Origin: Candidatus Bathyarchaeota archaeon
GTDB taxonomy: Archaea > Thermoproteota > Bathyarchaeia > Bathyarchaeales > Bathycorpusculaceae
Direction: 5' to 3'
DNA: 64,000 nucleotides
NCBI GenBank assembly: GCA_963775465.1
Contig: CAVZIW010000001.1
Span: forward strand, 224,001-288,000
Shown: in pieces, positions 22,590 through 32,426 of the stretch
Layout of the letters: the number at the start of each line of letters is the position of its first letter
How positions within the stretch are numbered: position 1 is the first letter of the stretch
Notes under the pieces: model-generated
The model's database searches: none
Told to the model about the DNA's origin: nothing
Seen by the model: only the letters and a program-made list of their open reading frames with translations
Program-made: the position numbers and the translations under genes

Positions 22590-22868
22590 CTATTCCATTT
22601 TCATGGTTATTGCTTTTGTTGGACATTCGTTTGCACAGATTCCGCATCCTTTGCAGAAGCCAAAATCAAACTCAATTTTACCTAATTCCGGACGCCAACG
22701 AATAGCACCATCTGGACAGAACGTTACACAAGTTAGGCAAACAGTACATTTCTCGAAATCAATTATTGGCATGTAGGTTTTCCAATCACCAGTCATAAAA
22801 CCAGTGCTTGATTTTGAGGTAACTCCACCGATTGAGATTTCTTTCCAACCTTTTTCTTTACGACTCAT
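22590..22868 (-). CDS. porD: Pyruvate/2-oxoacid:ferredoxin oxidoreductase delta subunit (2x[4Fe-4S])
   Basis: TGDWKTYMP, CTVCLTCVTFCP and CKGCGICANECP motifs. Confidence 0.92.
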   Translation of the reverse strand: MSRKEKGWKEISIGGVTSKSSTGFMTGDWKTYMPIIDFEKCTVCLTCVTFCPDGAIRWRPELGKIEFDFGFCKGCGICANECPTKAITMKME

Positions 22869-23428
22869 TCTGACTTGGCCTCTTCGTATGCTTTCATGAT
22901 AACTGAATAGTTTTTCTCAGCTATGTTGGGTCTAAAACGTCCTTTCAAGGTTTTCTTTATGCCGTCTAGTGAGACAATTTCAGTGGCTTTAGCAACAACT
23001 CCCAGTAATGCAGTGTTCGTTATTGGTGCACCTAATATGTTAATTGCGATCTCAGTTGCAGGAACAGTCCAAATTTTACCTTTCGAAACCTTTAGTTCCT
23101 GCTTTAAAACAGCAGGTTCAACACTCGAATTAATAATCAATATATCATCATCTTGATTCAACCCAGCCGTAACAGGTACAGTCTTTAACAAAGTATTATC
23201 CAAAACTACCACAACGTCCGGATCGTATACGGCACAATGTAGCCTAATTGGTTCATTGCTGACACGCGTAAAAGCAGTAACAGGCGCACCCATTCGTTCA
23301 GGGCCAAACTCGGGGAACGATTGAATATGTTTGCCTTCATCAAGGGCAGTTCTAGCTAAAAGTTCGCTGGCAGTCCAAGCACCCTGTCCGCCTCTACCGT
23401 GCCATCTAAATTCAACCATATGTTTCAA
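22865..23428 (-). CDS. porC: Pyruvate/2-oxoacid:ferredoxin oxidoreductase gamma subunit
   Basis: EFRWHGRGGQG and FGPERMGAPV motifs; start at TTG 23428 or ATG 23419. Confidence 0.92.
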   Translation of the reverse strand: MKHMVEFRWHGRGGQGAWTASELLARTALDEGKHIQSFPEFGPERMGAPVTAFTRVSNEPIRLHCAVYDPDVVVVLDNTLLKTVPVTAGLNQDDDILIINSSVEPAVLKQELKVSKGKIWTVPATEIAINILGAPITNTALLGVVAKATEIVSLDGIKKTLKGRFRPNIAEKNYSVIMKAYEEAKSE

Positions 23429-23528
23429 AGCAATCCCTTCTCTAAGATGGTTTCTGAATAAAAGGATGATTACCTTGATATACATTTTTCTAGAAGAACC
23501 CGTTTTTGGTCAAATGTATATCATTTTG

Positions 23529-23836
23529 CTAAACCGCCTTTCTGAAAAGTGAGTAATGGTCAACCTTGCATACATGGTTCCAATTATCTTCGACAAGGCG
23601 TCTAGCATCTTCGGCGGTTAAAGCGATAGCTGATTGGTATTTGGCGTCTATCGGATAGTCTTTGAAGGTCGTGTAACAGTCGGTGCTTTCGCTACTCTTA
23701 TGACTAACAAATACTTTCGTCTTGCAAAGTAATGGTGGAGCCTATACAAATGAATTCTGTTGAAACGTTCGTTTCGAAGAATTGCAGTAAGTTTATTATG
23801 TAAATCTCGGTATTTTTTTGACAAGTCGCTTAACAT
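23529..23836 (-). pseudogene. Degenerate tyrosine recombinase/integrase C-terminal fragment
   Basis: Manual translation across a frameshift: RNERFNRIHLYRLHHYFA...LL(G)HKSSESTDCYT...YQSAIALTAEDARRLVEDNWNHVCKVDHYSLFRKAV*. Decayed HxxRH box, LGH box and catalytic Tyr. Confidence 0.7.
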
Positions 23837-23949
23837 TCCGATCGTCTTCTGGAATTGGGATCGTTAACACATTTGAAAAAACACTTGTTTCTAAACTAGA
23901 AGTCTTGAAAACAAAAAAAGGAAAGGATTATTGTTTTTGTTTTGATTTC

Positions 23950-26655
23950 TTATGGTCGTTTTCTTATGAGCAATAGAGCCAGCATTATACCGACAATCAC
24001 TATTGCCACAATGATGCCTGCAACTGCGGGAACAAAGTACATGTCAGCGGCTGATTGTGCTGGTGCTTGAGTTGGAGCTGTTGTTGGAGGTGCAGAGTCA
24101 ACTGAGAAACTGTTTTCTGCGTAAGATGGCCAGTAAGATTCAGAGCCTGCGAAAGTTGCAACCACAGTGTATTTGCCTTCGATATCTGGTGTCCATTGAT
24201 AGCTGAATGCGCCGCTAGCATCGCTTGTAGTTGTGCCGATATTACGATAGTTGCCATTAGAATCAATCACATCGATCGAAACAGGAACACCCGTAGTGTT
24301 TGACGGCTTTCCTTTTTGCATATAGACGTATGCCATCCATTGAGTCTGAGAATCTTCAGAGACAGCTGCAACACCATTAGGGAAACGTGCTGCTTGCTCT
24401 TTCTGTTTTGTGCCAGCAGAAATGTCCAGTACTGTTCCTTTAATTGTTATGGATTGACCTAATTGAGCAGATAAGTCAGGTGCAGAAACTGTAACAGCGC
24501 TTGGACCTTTGCCTATAGCGTAGATTTGTGCATCATAGTTGTTCCAGTAGATCAAAACGCCATCAGCAGCTGCAAAAGTCATCGGATACGCCCATCCTGC
24601 TAGATCCCAGATAGTTTCGCCAGTAGTAACGTTAAGACAGTGCACACGTTCAGCTTTGTAGAGAGGTGTATCAGCAGAGTGCTCATGAGTTCCGACAAAG
24701 ATCTTGCCATCGCAAATAAGTCCTAGCATCTGAACGAAGTTAGGAATCTTCTCTCCGCCAGATGGATAGATCTGTCTCCAGAGTAGACTGCCATTAGCTA
24801 AGCTATAAGCTGAGACTGCTCCAGTGTAGCCTCCAGTGAAAAGGGTTCCGTAAGCCATCTTTGTCTGCGTTTGCGAAATCAAGCTTGGCCAAGTAAAGTA
24901 CCCATATGCTTGCCAGTCAGATTGGGCATCAGTTGTCGCAACCAATTCGCCATTGCTCATATCCCAAATGTAGAAGGTACAGCTTGGAACCTTTAAGCCG
25001 ACAAAACGTTGTTCAGCGCCTGTAGCTCGTTCGAATAGTATGTTCTGGTTAGTTGCTTCATCTTCGATGTCAATGTTCTTCATGTAGAGCAATTGGCCTT
25101 CATGTCCAGGTTGAATGCTAATGGCCCAAACAGTGACCTCATCAACATATGCGTATGAAGGCGCGCTTGTGCCAGTTGGCCAAGAACCATTCGTACCCCA
25201 AACATATTGATTATCATATACCGCTCTGATGGTTGGCGCTGTAGCCCAATTGAATGATAGTGAAACGTTCCAATCAAAGCTGCTCATTGTGCTTGCATCG
25301 ATTTGGTTCGATGATGGGTTTCTGCTCGGAATTGCCTTAGATGAATTCCATTGTTCTAGATAGCGACCGTTTGCAGTGTTCCCTCCGATTACGTAGCGTA
25401 GGTTTTCGCCTGAATAGCCCTGTACTTCAAAGCCGTTGGGAACGCCAGTAATATTGAGATATGGGAATCCTCGTTCTGGCTGGTAGCCGATTGCATAGTT
25501 GTTTGTGAATAGCCATCCTGGATTTGCAATTCCGTGTTCGTTCGGGTTATCATCACTGTAGTAATATCCGAAAATTGGTACGTTTGAACGGCCTGTTAAT
25601 TCAGTAGTGTCTTGTTCCCATAATAGTTCGCCTGTTTTTAGGTCAACGCAGTCGAGAAGTTGGCTAGTGCCGCTGTAAACTGTGTTTGGTGTGAAGTAGA
25701 GTCTTCCGTACATTATTACTTGATTGTTGAATCGTGGTTGATATTGAGATCCCGCGTTGAAAGCATTGCCAGTTCCAATTCGTCCATCATTGCTACCGCC
25801 TAAGATACCGTTGTCCTCAGTAGGTCTTGTCCAGAGAATGTGTGGACTGTTTGGCGCAGTACCGTCAGGTTGATATCTGTTTTCGGTTCCGCCGTTGTCA
25901 GCGTCGTGTGCGTTGTTTAGCCAGTTTGAAGCAACAGTGTACCATTGGTCGTTTTGTCCCTCAATCGGGCGAGTCCAATATTCAGTTGGAACAGGCTGAA
26001 TGAGAGGCAGAGCGTTAATGCTTACTGGTTCTTGCTGTACAGTAACCTGGAAAGTATAGTTGCTAGCTAAGAATGTAGTTCCATAGTAGTCATTGCTCCC
26101 TCCAAGATGAGAGTTCCACCTATAGTAGAGCTCGTGGAAAAACACCGTTAAGGAGTAGTTTCCAGTTTGGTCAGGGGTATATGCAGTGTAAGTTGAGCCA
26201 GTAGAGTCAGAGACGAAAAGTCCATCTCCAACACCTCCCTCGCCTCCACCAACATTGCCTTGAGTTTGACCAGCTGAAGGCAGTCGCTCTGTAGATCCGT
26301 CCGGTTTAGTTACTTCCAAATGGAACATGTATCGGATATCGTTGCCTAGTAACGCATTAGGAGGTACTTGTGGATTCATCATGATGACGTTGAATGCTTG
26401 TCCAATACCAACAGGGTTAGGTGAAGCAATGCCAAAGCACCAGGTTGGAATCATGTCGTGGAATCTTGTCCAAAGTGTAAGCCTGTTTGCAGGAGCATTC
26501 GCAGTCATGTCGGGCCAATTCATGCCTTGATCGATAGCAGTCTGAGTAGCATCATTGAATGCAGCAGTAGTTTGCAAAGAGCCAAGTGAAATAGCCATAG
26601 AAGTCACGAGAATCAACGCAATTACAATTGCCAAAAATTTATTTTTTATTTGCAT
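23950..26655 (-). CDS. PQQ-like beta-propeller repeat surface protein, paralog 1
   Basis: Signal peptide, PTEYWTRPI, repeated D/N..TGE.LW blades, DVIDSNGNYRNIGT Ig-like domain, PT linker, C-terminal TM plus RKRP. Confidence 0.85.
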   Translation of the reverse strand: MQIKNKFLAIVIALILVTSMAISLGSLQTTAAFNDATQTAIDQGMNWPDMTANAPANRLTLWTRFHDMIPTWCFGIASPNPVGIGQAFNVIMMNPQVPPNALLGNDIRYMFHLEVTKPDGSTERLPSAGQTQGNVGGGEGGVGDGLFVSDSTGSTYTAYTPDQTGNYSLTVFFHELYYRWNSHLGGSNDYYGTTFLASNYTFQVTVQQEPVSINALPLIQPVPTEYWTRPIEGQNDQWYTVASNWLNNAHDADNGGTENRYQPDGTAPNSPHILWTRPTEDNGILGGSNDGRIGTGNAFNAGSQYQPRFNNQVIMYGRLYFTPNTVYSGTSQLLDCVDLKTGELLWEQDTTELTGRSNVPIFGYYYSDDNPNEHGIANPGWLFTNNYAIGYQPERGFPYLNITGVPNGFEVQGYSGENLRYVIGGNTANGRYLEQWNSSKAIPSRNPSSNQIDASTMSSFDWNVSLSFNWATAPTIRAVYDNQYVWGTNGSWPTGTSAPSYAYVDEVTVWAISIQPGHEGQLLYMKNIDIEDEATNQNILFERATGAEQRFVGLKVPSCTFYIWDMSNGELVATTDAQSDWQAYGYFTWPSLISQTQTKMAYGTLFTGGYTGAVSAYSLANGSLLWRQIYPSGGEKIPNFVQMLGLICDGKIFVGTHEHSADTPLYKAERVHCLNVTTGETIWDLAGWAYPMTFAAADGVLIYWNNYDAQIYAIGKGPSAVTVSAPDLSAQLGQSITIKGTVLDISAGTKQKEQAARFPNGVAAVSEDSQTQWMAYVYMQKGKPSNTTGVPVSIDVIDSNGNYRNIGTTTSDASGAFSYQWTPDIEGKYTVVATFAGSESYWPSYAENSFSVDSAPPTTAPTQAPAQSAADMYFVPAVAGIIVAIVIVGIMLALLLIRKRP

Positions 26656-26807
26656 TTTCTTTATTCATCCATTTTTTTTAAACGAAGCCTATTTTTGCTT
26701 CGCTTAGCACACCTAATCAATATGATCAGTTTTAAAGGCTTGTAAGTTCAACGCTGTACAAACAATGACAAAGTTTATTACAAAAATAATTAACAATAAA
26801 TTGTTGC

Positions 26808-27620
26808 ATGCTCTTGGCAATGTTAGAAGAAGATTACCAGACATTTAAAGAACTAGGACTGAGTTACTCACAAACAAAAGTATACCTACTTCTGGCAAGT
26901 ACAGGAGCTTTAACCGCAACTGAAGTTGCTAGAGTTACCAAGATAGCAAGACCACATGTTTATGGCATATTAGCTGAATTGGAGGAAACCGGACTATTAT
27001 CCACAGTTATTGGTCAGCCAGAACGTTTTCAAGCAATCAATATCGTGGATGGAGTTTCTGTCCTTTTAAGTCAAAGATTAAGGAAGACAGCAGAAATCCA
27101 AGAGAAAGCTGCAAAACTTATACAAAATTTCAAGGTCAGTCAACTAATTGTGGAAGCGGAAGCCACCTCACAATTCGTTCTTGTTCGAAAAAGAGATACA
27201 ATTTATCTAAAATCTAAAAAAATGCTGGAAAATGCAGAGAAATCAATTTTTTTTCTCCACCAAACCAGAAGAATGATATCTTGGCTTTCAGAATGTTTGC
27301 CAGAATTTGAAAAAGCTCTAGCCAGAGAAGTAGAATGCAAAGTGGTAATTCCAAAACCGGAGGCAAATGTAGATATTTGGAAAAAGTTTAAGGGACTCAC
27401 AAAATATCCCAACTTAGCAATAAAGTTGATTCCTAAAGAGACAAGATTTGGATTCAGTATTTGGGACAACAAAGAAATCTTACTAACAACTTCACCTTAT
27501 GATTCGCCTAAGAAGGAAGCAAGATTGTGGTCGAAAAATGTAGATTTAGTTGAGTTATGCAAAGAACACTTTGAACTAATTTGGAGAAAAGCCAAAGACC
27601 CCATCAGTAACATAAGATAA
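26808..27620 (+). CDS. TrmB-family transcriptional regulator, divergent from paralog 1
   Basis: LGLSYSQTKVYLLL...IARPHVYGILAELEETGL wHTH and a C-terminal effector domain (IWDNKEILL). Confidence 0.85.
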   Translation: MLLAMLEEDYQTFKELGLSYSQTKVYLLLASTGALTATEVARVTKIARPHVYGILAELEETGLLSTVIGQPERFQAINIVDGVSVLLSQRLRKTAEIQEKAAKLIQNFKVSQLIVEAEATSQFVLVRKRDTIYLKSKKMLENAEKSIFFLHQTRRMISWLSECLPEFEKALAREVECKVVIPKPEANVDIWKKFKGLTKYPNLAIKLIPKETRFGFSIWDNKEILLTTSPYDSPKKEARLWSKNVDLVELCKEHFELIWRKAKDPISNIR

Positions 27621-27803
27621 ACGAATAAAACATAAAAATGAAGTTGAGAACAAATCTGATTTTTGCTGCACATTTCATACGCCGGGAAACTAAGATTTCG
27701 AATCCGGTCAATTAGAATTTTGAGGTGGAAAATGTTCATCGCCAAATGCATAAATAATTAAACTTAGTTCTATCAGTTTTCTATTAACTTCGGGTGCCGT
27801 TCG

Positions 27804-28133
27804 TTGGTAAGAGATGCTAAATTTGATACTGTATTAATTAATTATAGACTAAAGAAACCCTACACATGGTACGAGTTAAGATATGCAGTAGAACTTGATT
27901 ATTCAGGAATAAAGGAATTAATCAACAACCGAGAGATCACTCAATTGTTAAAGAAGTTAAATCTGCCCTCATCAGGAAAAGAAAACGAAACTCAGGAAAA
28001 GTTAGCTGTAATAGTTAATAATATAATAGAAGATGATTCGATCATAATTGAAACTGATCCCGAGAAGCAACAAATGATTTTAAAACTAATAGAATCTGTC
28101 GATCCCTATTACTCAAAAAATCAGCGAAAATAA
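27804..28133 (+). CDS. Hypothetical protein
   Basis: 109-aa ORF, GGGTG before TTG; no recognisable motif. Confidence 0.5.
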   Translation: MVRDAKFDTVLINYRLKKPYTWYELRYAVELDYSGIKELINNREITQLLKKLNLPSSGKENETQEKLAVIVNNIIEDDSIIIETDPEKQQMILKLIESVDPYYSKNQRK

Positions 28134-28220
28134 AGTTAAGCTAAAACAGGATTTGGCAAAATATTTTTGCAGCTTCAGAAGCAGGTTTAAGGTAAAAATC
28201 AGTTATCGACTAGTTTTTTC

Positions 28221-28388
28221 TTATTCTGACTTGTCTTTTTTCCATTTCGCTATTTGTTCTTCAACTTGTTGAGGATCAGCAATAAAGTACGAACAAGCTA
28301 AGGCTTCTTTTGTGTCTTTATTAGTACTCTGCACAACTGAAACCAAATTTCCATTCTTAAACCCAAAATATGTATATATTTTACCCAT
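28221..28388 (-). CDS. Small hypothetical protein
   Basis: MGKIYTYFGFKNGNLVSVVQ...; GAGGTGA SD upstream of ATG 28388. Confidence 0.5.
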   Translation of the reverse strand: MGKIYTYFGFKNGNLVSVVQSTNKDTKEALACSYFIADPQQVEEQIAKWKKDKSE

Positions 28389-28490
28389 TGCTTGCTTTTT
28401 CACCTCAAATGCTATTGATGCTTTCTCAAATCATTTTCAGCATACTATTAAACATTTTAATCAGAAATGTAGCTATAACTATTATTTCTC

Positions 28491-28649
28491 TCAACGACAT
28501 ATATCAAAAACAGTTCTAAATTCTATGGCAAAATCTTTAGAAACGTTACCATTGAAAAGTTTAAGCATATCTATTTTTTCGATGTATTTTGTCAGATGTT
28601 TCTTTAGAAACTTCATTTTTCCTGCTATCTCTAAGCGTTGCTTAACCAC
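28491..28649 (-). CDS. Small hypothetical protein (52 aa)
   Basis: Manual translation from GTG: MVKQRLEIAGKMKFLKKHLTKYIEKIDMLKLFNGNVSKDFAIEFRTVFDICR. Confidence 0.3.
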   Translation of the reverse strand: MVKQRLEIAGKMKFLKKHLTKYIEKIDMLKLFNGNVSKDFAIEFRTVFDICR

Positions 28650-28730
28650 CTAATTTGTTAGATATTTAGCATTCCTACAGATTTGCCTGTCAAAGTATAT
28701 TGGTTTCTGTATTGCCTAGTTTTTTTGGTT

Positions 28731-28856
28731 TTAGAACCATGATTTGTATCGAATTTTTGAGCATTTAGCGCATGAGATTATGATTTGTCCTCTAATTACT
28801 GTAGTTTTAGCTATATCACATCCACATGAACAAGTGTTAACGGTTTCAAGTGACAT
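28731..28856 (-). CDS. Putative zinc-ribbon microprotein (41 aa)
   Basis: MSLETVNTCSCGCDIAKTTVIRGQIIISCAKCSKIRYKSWF: a CxC knuckle and a CxxC knuckle. Confidence 0.45.
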   Translation of the reverse strand: MSLETVNTCSCGCDIAKTTVIRGQIIISCAKCSKIRYKSWF

Positions 28857-29396
28857 AAGAATAAAGAAAAAAGCTGTAATAATAGATGTTGTTTCCAAAC
28901 TCGATATATTAAATAAATTAAAGCTCTTCTGAGCGCTATTAAGCATTAGAACTTTTATTTTTTTTCAATAAGTACAGAAAACGAGTTTTCGTTAGTTGTT
29001 AAACTGGCTAAGTTTAGTTCAGTGTAAGGAGTTTTACAAATTCCATTAATTTGATTTTAAATTCAGATTTCTGGCACTAATTTCTGCTTCATAAATCTTG
29101 AATAATATTCCCAATATTATTTGCTATTAATAAGATGAACGTGTTGAGAAAATATCAGACTCATTTTCTTAATTCCGGAAAAAATGGACTTTATTTAACA
29201 ATGGAATATTTCGAAAACCAAGAAGTCTCTAAAGAATTTCTCAGAAACAAAGAAAAAAGACATGTTAGAAAAGGAAATCACAAGCCGCTCTATTAGAGCA
29301 GTATATTTCTAGTTTAAGTTTCTTGACTAGTAATTAATAAATCCTATATACACTTGTCAATCTTCTTTTAACTGAATAAGTTGAAAGTGACACCGT

Positions 29397-30362
29397 TTGG
29401 GTAATAAATACAGTGAACACGGTCAATATATTTGCTCCAATCCTAATTGTGATAAGGTTTTTTCTAAACCCAAAATTATCAAGTATTATGTTTGCCCATC
29501 GTGCCAGACTTTAGTTGACCAAACTACTGAAGAGGGTGTTTTGTTTCAGCCTTCTTTAGAAGATGATCTTTCCACTAAGAAACTTGAAAAGTCAAACGTA
29601 ATAAAGCAAACTAATGAAGAAGTAACTGTTGAAGGTACAGATCTAGAGGAACTTAATTTACATGAAGCAAACAGAAAGGAATATGAAAAGCCTATCGTTA
29701 GTGAACAAATCACCAAAGAATCGTTCACTGAAGTTAAAGATCCCACCAATGCTGATTTAAGCGGAGCAAGCAAAAACGACCCCGAAAAACCAATTGCTAA
29801 CGAACAAGTCAACATACAAGTCGCTACCGAAGTTACAGAGCCAACCGATCCTATTTTGACTGAAGCAAACAGAATTATCAGTCTAGCCAAGGCTTTGGGG
29901 TGGCGTTCAGCTAATGAAGATGCTGAATTAGCGGAACCAGCTTTTAATGAAAACAAAAACGAATCCGAAAAACCAATTGTTAACGAACAAACCAACAAAC
30001 AATCCATCGCTGAAGTAGAAGAATCAATCGAGCCTACATTGAGCGAAGCAAAAAATAGTGAACTGGAAAATCTTCTTATTAACGAACTAGTCGATAAAGA
30101 AGCCTTTACCGAACTTACAGAGCTAACCAAACCTACTAAGATTCAAAATCCAAAATCTGTGTTAGTTGAAGAGGAAAAAGAAAAAGCTAATCCAGCTTCT
30201 ATCGATAAGTGTTCATACTATTTTGGCTATTTAAATCAGAGAACTAAGGGTGAAACGATACCGGAAGAATGTGTTGAATGCCCTAAGTCGATAGAGTGTT
30301 TAATGTCTGAGTTCGATAATTCAAAAGAAAGTTTGAAGGAAATTAAAAAGTGGTATATTTAG
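29397..30362 (+). CDS. Hypothetical protein with terminal Cys-rich Zn modules and acidic 33-aa internal repeats
   Basis: N-terminal CSNPNC...CPSC, C-terminal CSYYFGYL...CVECPKSIEC, EKPI(V/A)xEQ repeats. Confidence 0.7.
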   Translation: MGNKYSEHGQYICSNPNCDKVFSKPKIIKYYVCPSCQTLVDQTTEEGVLFQPSLEDDLSTKKLEKSNVIKQTNEEVTVEGTDLEELNLHEANRKEYEKPIVSEQITKESFTEVKDPTNADLSGASKNDPEKPIANEQVNIQVATEVTEPTDPILTEANRIISLAKALGWRSANEDAELAEPAFNENKNESEKPIVNEQTNKQSIAEVEESIEPTLSEAKNSELENLLINELVDKEAFTELTELTKPTKIQNPKSVLVEEEKEKANPASIDKCSYYFGYLNQRTKGETIPEECVECPKSIECLMSEFDNSKESLKEIKKWYI

Positions 30363-30605
30363 AAATTATTTTTCTTTAATTAATTTTAGATAGGCTTACG
30401 AAAGACAATAGAGAATTGTTTGAAATTATGAATCATTTTTTTCAAATATTAAGTTCGGAGTTAAACTGGACTTAAGGACAGGTGACTTGATTTAATCCAT
30501 GATTAATGATTCTTTTCAATTTACCCTCAATAATTATTATTGAGTAGTAAGAGTTAAGTAATGCGACAATATTAATAACTTCAAATAAAAAGGAGGTAAT
30601 AAAAA

Positions 30606-30923
30606 ACGCCTGAATATTTAGTCTTGCTGAAACTAAACCCAACAAAATTAGCAGAATCTCTCGGAGCAATTAGGAATATGGATGAGAAACCAGTTTCCGG
30701 AGTTGATCTACTATATAGCATGAACATCTTTGGCTCTTGGGACGTCGGTGTATGGATCGATGCACAAGAAAGTAATCAAGCTGTAGATTTTGTCCAGAAA
30801 AAAATGAAAAACCTAACAGGAGTCACAGAGGTATACACGCTGCCAACATTCCCACATGGAAACGGAACTAAAAATAGCAACAGCAAGAGTTCTGAAGAAA
30901 AGAAAACTCCTTTAGAAATTTAA
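30606..30923 (+). CDS. Small ferredoxin-fold (Lrp/AsnC ligand-binding-like) protein, probable ACG start
   Basis: AGGAGGT at 30591-30597, then ACG CCT GAA TAT TTA GTC in frame with the track ORF; IFGSWDVGVWIDA...LTGVTEVYT pattern. Confidence 0.65.
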   Translation, partial: TPEYLVLLKLNPTKLAESLGAIRNMDEKPVSGVDLLYSMNIFGSWDVGVWIDAQESNQAVDFVQKKMKNLTGVTEVYTLPTFPHGNGTKNSNSKSSEEKKTPLEI

Positions 30924-31099
30924 GAAGATAAAGCAGCTGCTCAAAAATAGCTCTTTTTCTTTCACTAACCAAATTTTCTTAATTTTTAATTCAAGTGCAC
31001 GATAAAATTGTTTCAGCAATCATTCTATCTTAAAATTAATAGTCCAAATTCACAAGAACTAATAAAATGGAAGAAATATTGATATCGAGTGAAAAGTAG

Positions 31100-32233
31100 A
31101 TGGAAAACACCGAGACAGTGCCACAAAAGGTTGTTGATCAAAAGACCATCATACTTAAGAGTCGCTTAGATAAAGACGCAGCAAAGTTGCTCGGTGAAAA
31201 TAAAAAAACAGACTTCTTTAAAAAAATATTTTTCCTTAAACCTCGAGCAAGAGAAATTTCACTAATTAGTTTTTCTAAATATTACGAGCCACTAGTCGTT
31301 ATCGGTGGAAAATACTCAATTGATTATTGTAAAAAACACGTACTTGAACTCAAGACCAATAATGAAGTACAGAGTATTTTTGTTGGTGGAGAAAAGATGA
31401 GAGCAATGTCAACGAATTTCGATAAAAATCCCAGAATTTTCAGAATTACTGGTGAAGAGCACGCTCATTATGAAAATGAAACATACTTCTTATTAGATAG
31501 AGTTATGAGAGAAATTTCACCTGATAAATTTCATCTTGCACCTTTTGAAAACACAAATGATACTCTTGAATGTGATAAGTTCGATTATAAGAAGATAAAT
31601 TTCTCTCTGGAAGACGAAATAGTATTTCTTAGATCAAGGTTGGTAAGAAGACCTACAAATGCAGAGTGGATTATTAGAGAAATATTTGAAATTAACGATC
31701 GCCTAATTATTTACAACCCGGTTTATGAACTTACGTTTCAAAACTCAAAAACGTCAAGAGCGCTCACAATGTTAGTTGATGGTGTAACTGGTCAGATTTC
31801 TGTTGTTGATTTTATCAAAACTAACCACAAAACTGACAGTCAAGAAGCCCCATTTCCAAATGATGTTAAGAAAGTTAAGAGCGTCATTTCTCAAGAGAGT
31901 GAAAACGAAATTTCGAAACCAATTATCAATTCATCCGATTTAATTAAGCCCTTGAACGAAGAGGAAAAAAATAGTACACAACGAAAAACAAGTTTTTCTA
32001 AAAATTTTAAACCTAAATCAAGGTCTAAAGCTGAGGATGCAATGGATTTAGCTTTGGACTCATTGAAGCGTTTGGGTCTTAGAGAAGAAGTGACGCCGGT
32101 AAAAGTCTCAGGTGAAGGAGACTTATTTTCAGTCGAATTAAGTCTTCAAAATAAAATAGCGAAAGTATTGGTTAACACTGAAACGAAGGAGATTAAAGAA
32201 TATGAAATTCAAGAATCAAGTGCTAGTTTCTAA
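31100..32233 (+). CDS. Hypothetical protein with possible C-terminal PepSY-like domain
   Basis: 377-aa ORF; two YEL/VEL...V(D/N)..T..I motifs typical of PepSY-like folds (inference). Confidence 0.65.
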   Translation: MENTETVPQKVVDQKTIILKSRLDKDAAKLLGENKKTDFFKKIFFLKPRAREISLISFSKYYEPLVVIGGKYSIDYCKKHVLELKTNNEVQSIFVGGEKMRAMSTNFDKNPRIFRITGEEHAHYENETYFLLDRVMREISPDKFHLAPFENTNDTLECDKFDYKKINFSLEDEIVFLRSRLVRRPTNAEWIIREIFEINDRLIIYNPVYELTFQNSKTSRALTMLVDGVTGQISVVDFIKTNHKTDSQEAPFPNDVKKVKSVISQESENEISKPIINSSDLIKPLNEEEKNSTQRKTSFSKNFKPKSRSKAEDAMDLALDSLKRLGLREEVTPVKVSGEGDLFSVELSLQNKIAKVLVNTETKEIKEYEIQESSASF

Positions 32234-32426
32234 TTGATAAACTAATCGACAATATTTTTATTTGGATTTTTTTTAGTCAATCAATTTTAGCCAAAGTGAC
32301 TTATTTCTAATTTTACGTATTTACCAAGAACTGCGACGATATGGTTTTTTTCAGGATACTATGTGGAGGAAAAAAGTAATATCAAACATATTCGTCAAAA
32401 TAAGGTCAAAATAAGTTACTTTGTTT

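Noticed and set aside
22579-22647. N-terminal extension of porA given in the ORF track
   Set aside because: It overlaps porD; the ATG at 22578 fits the family start.
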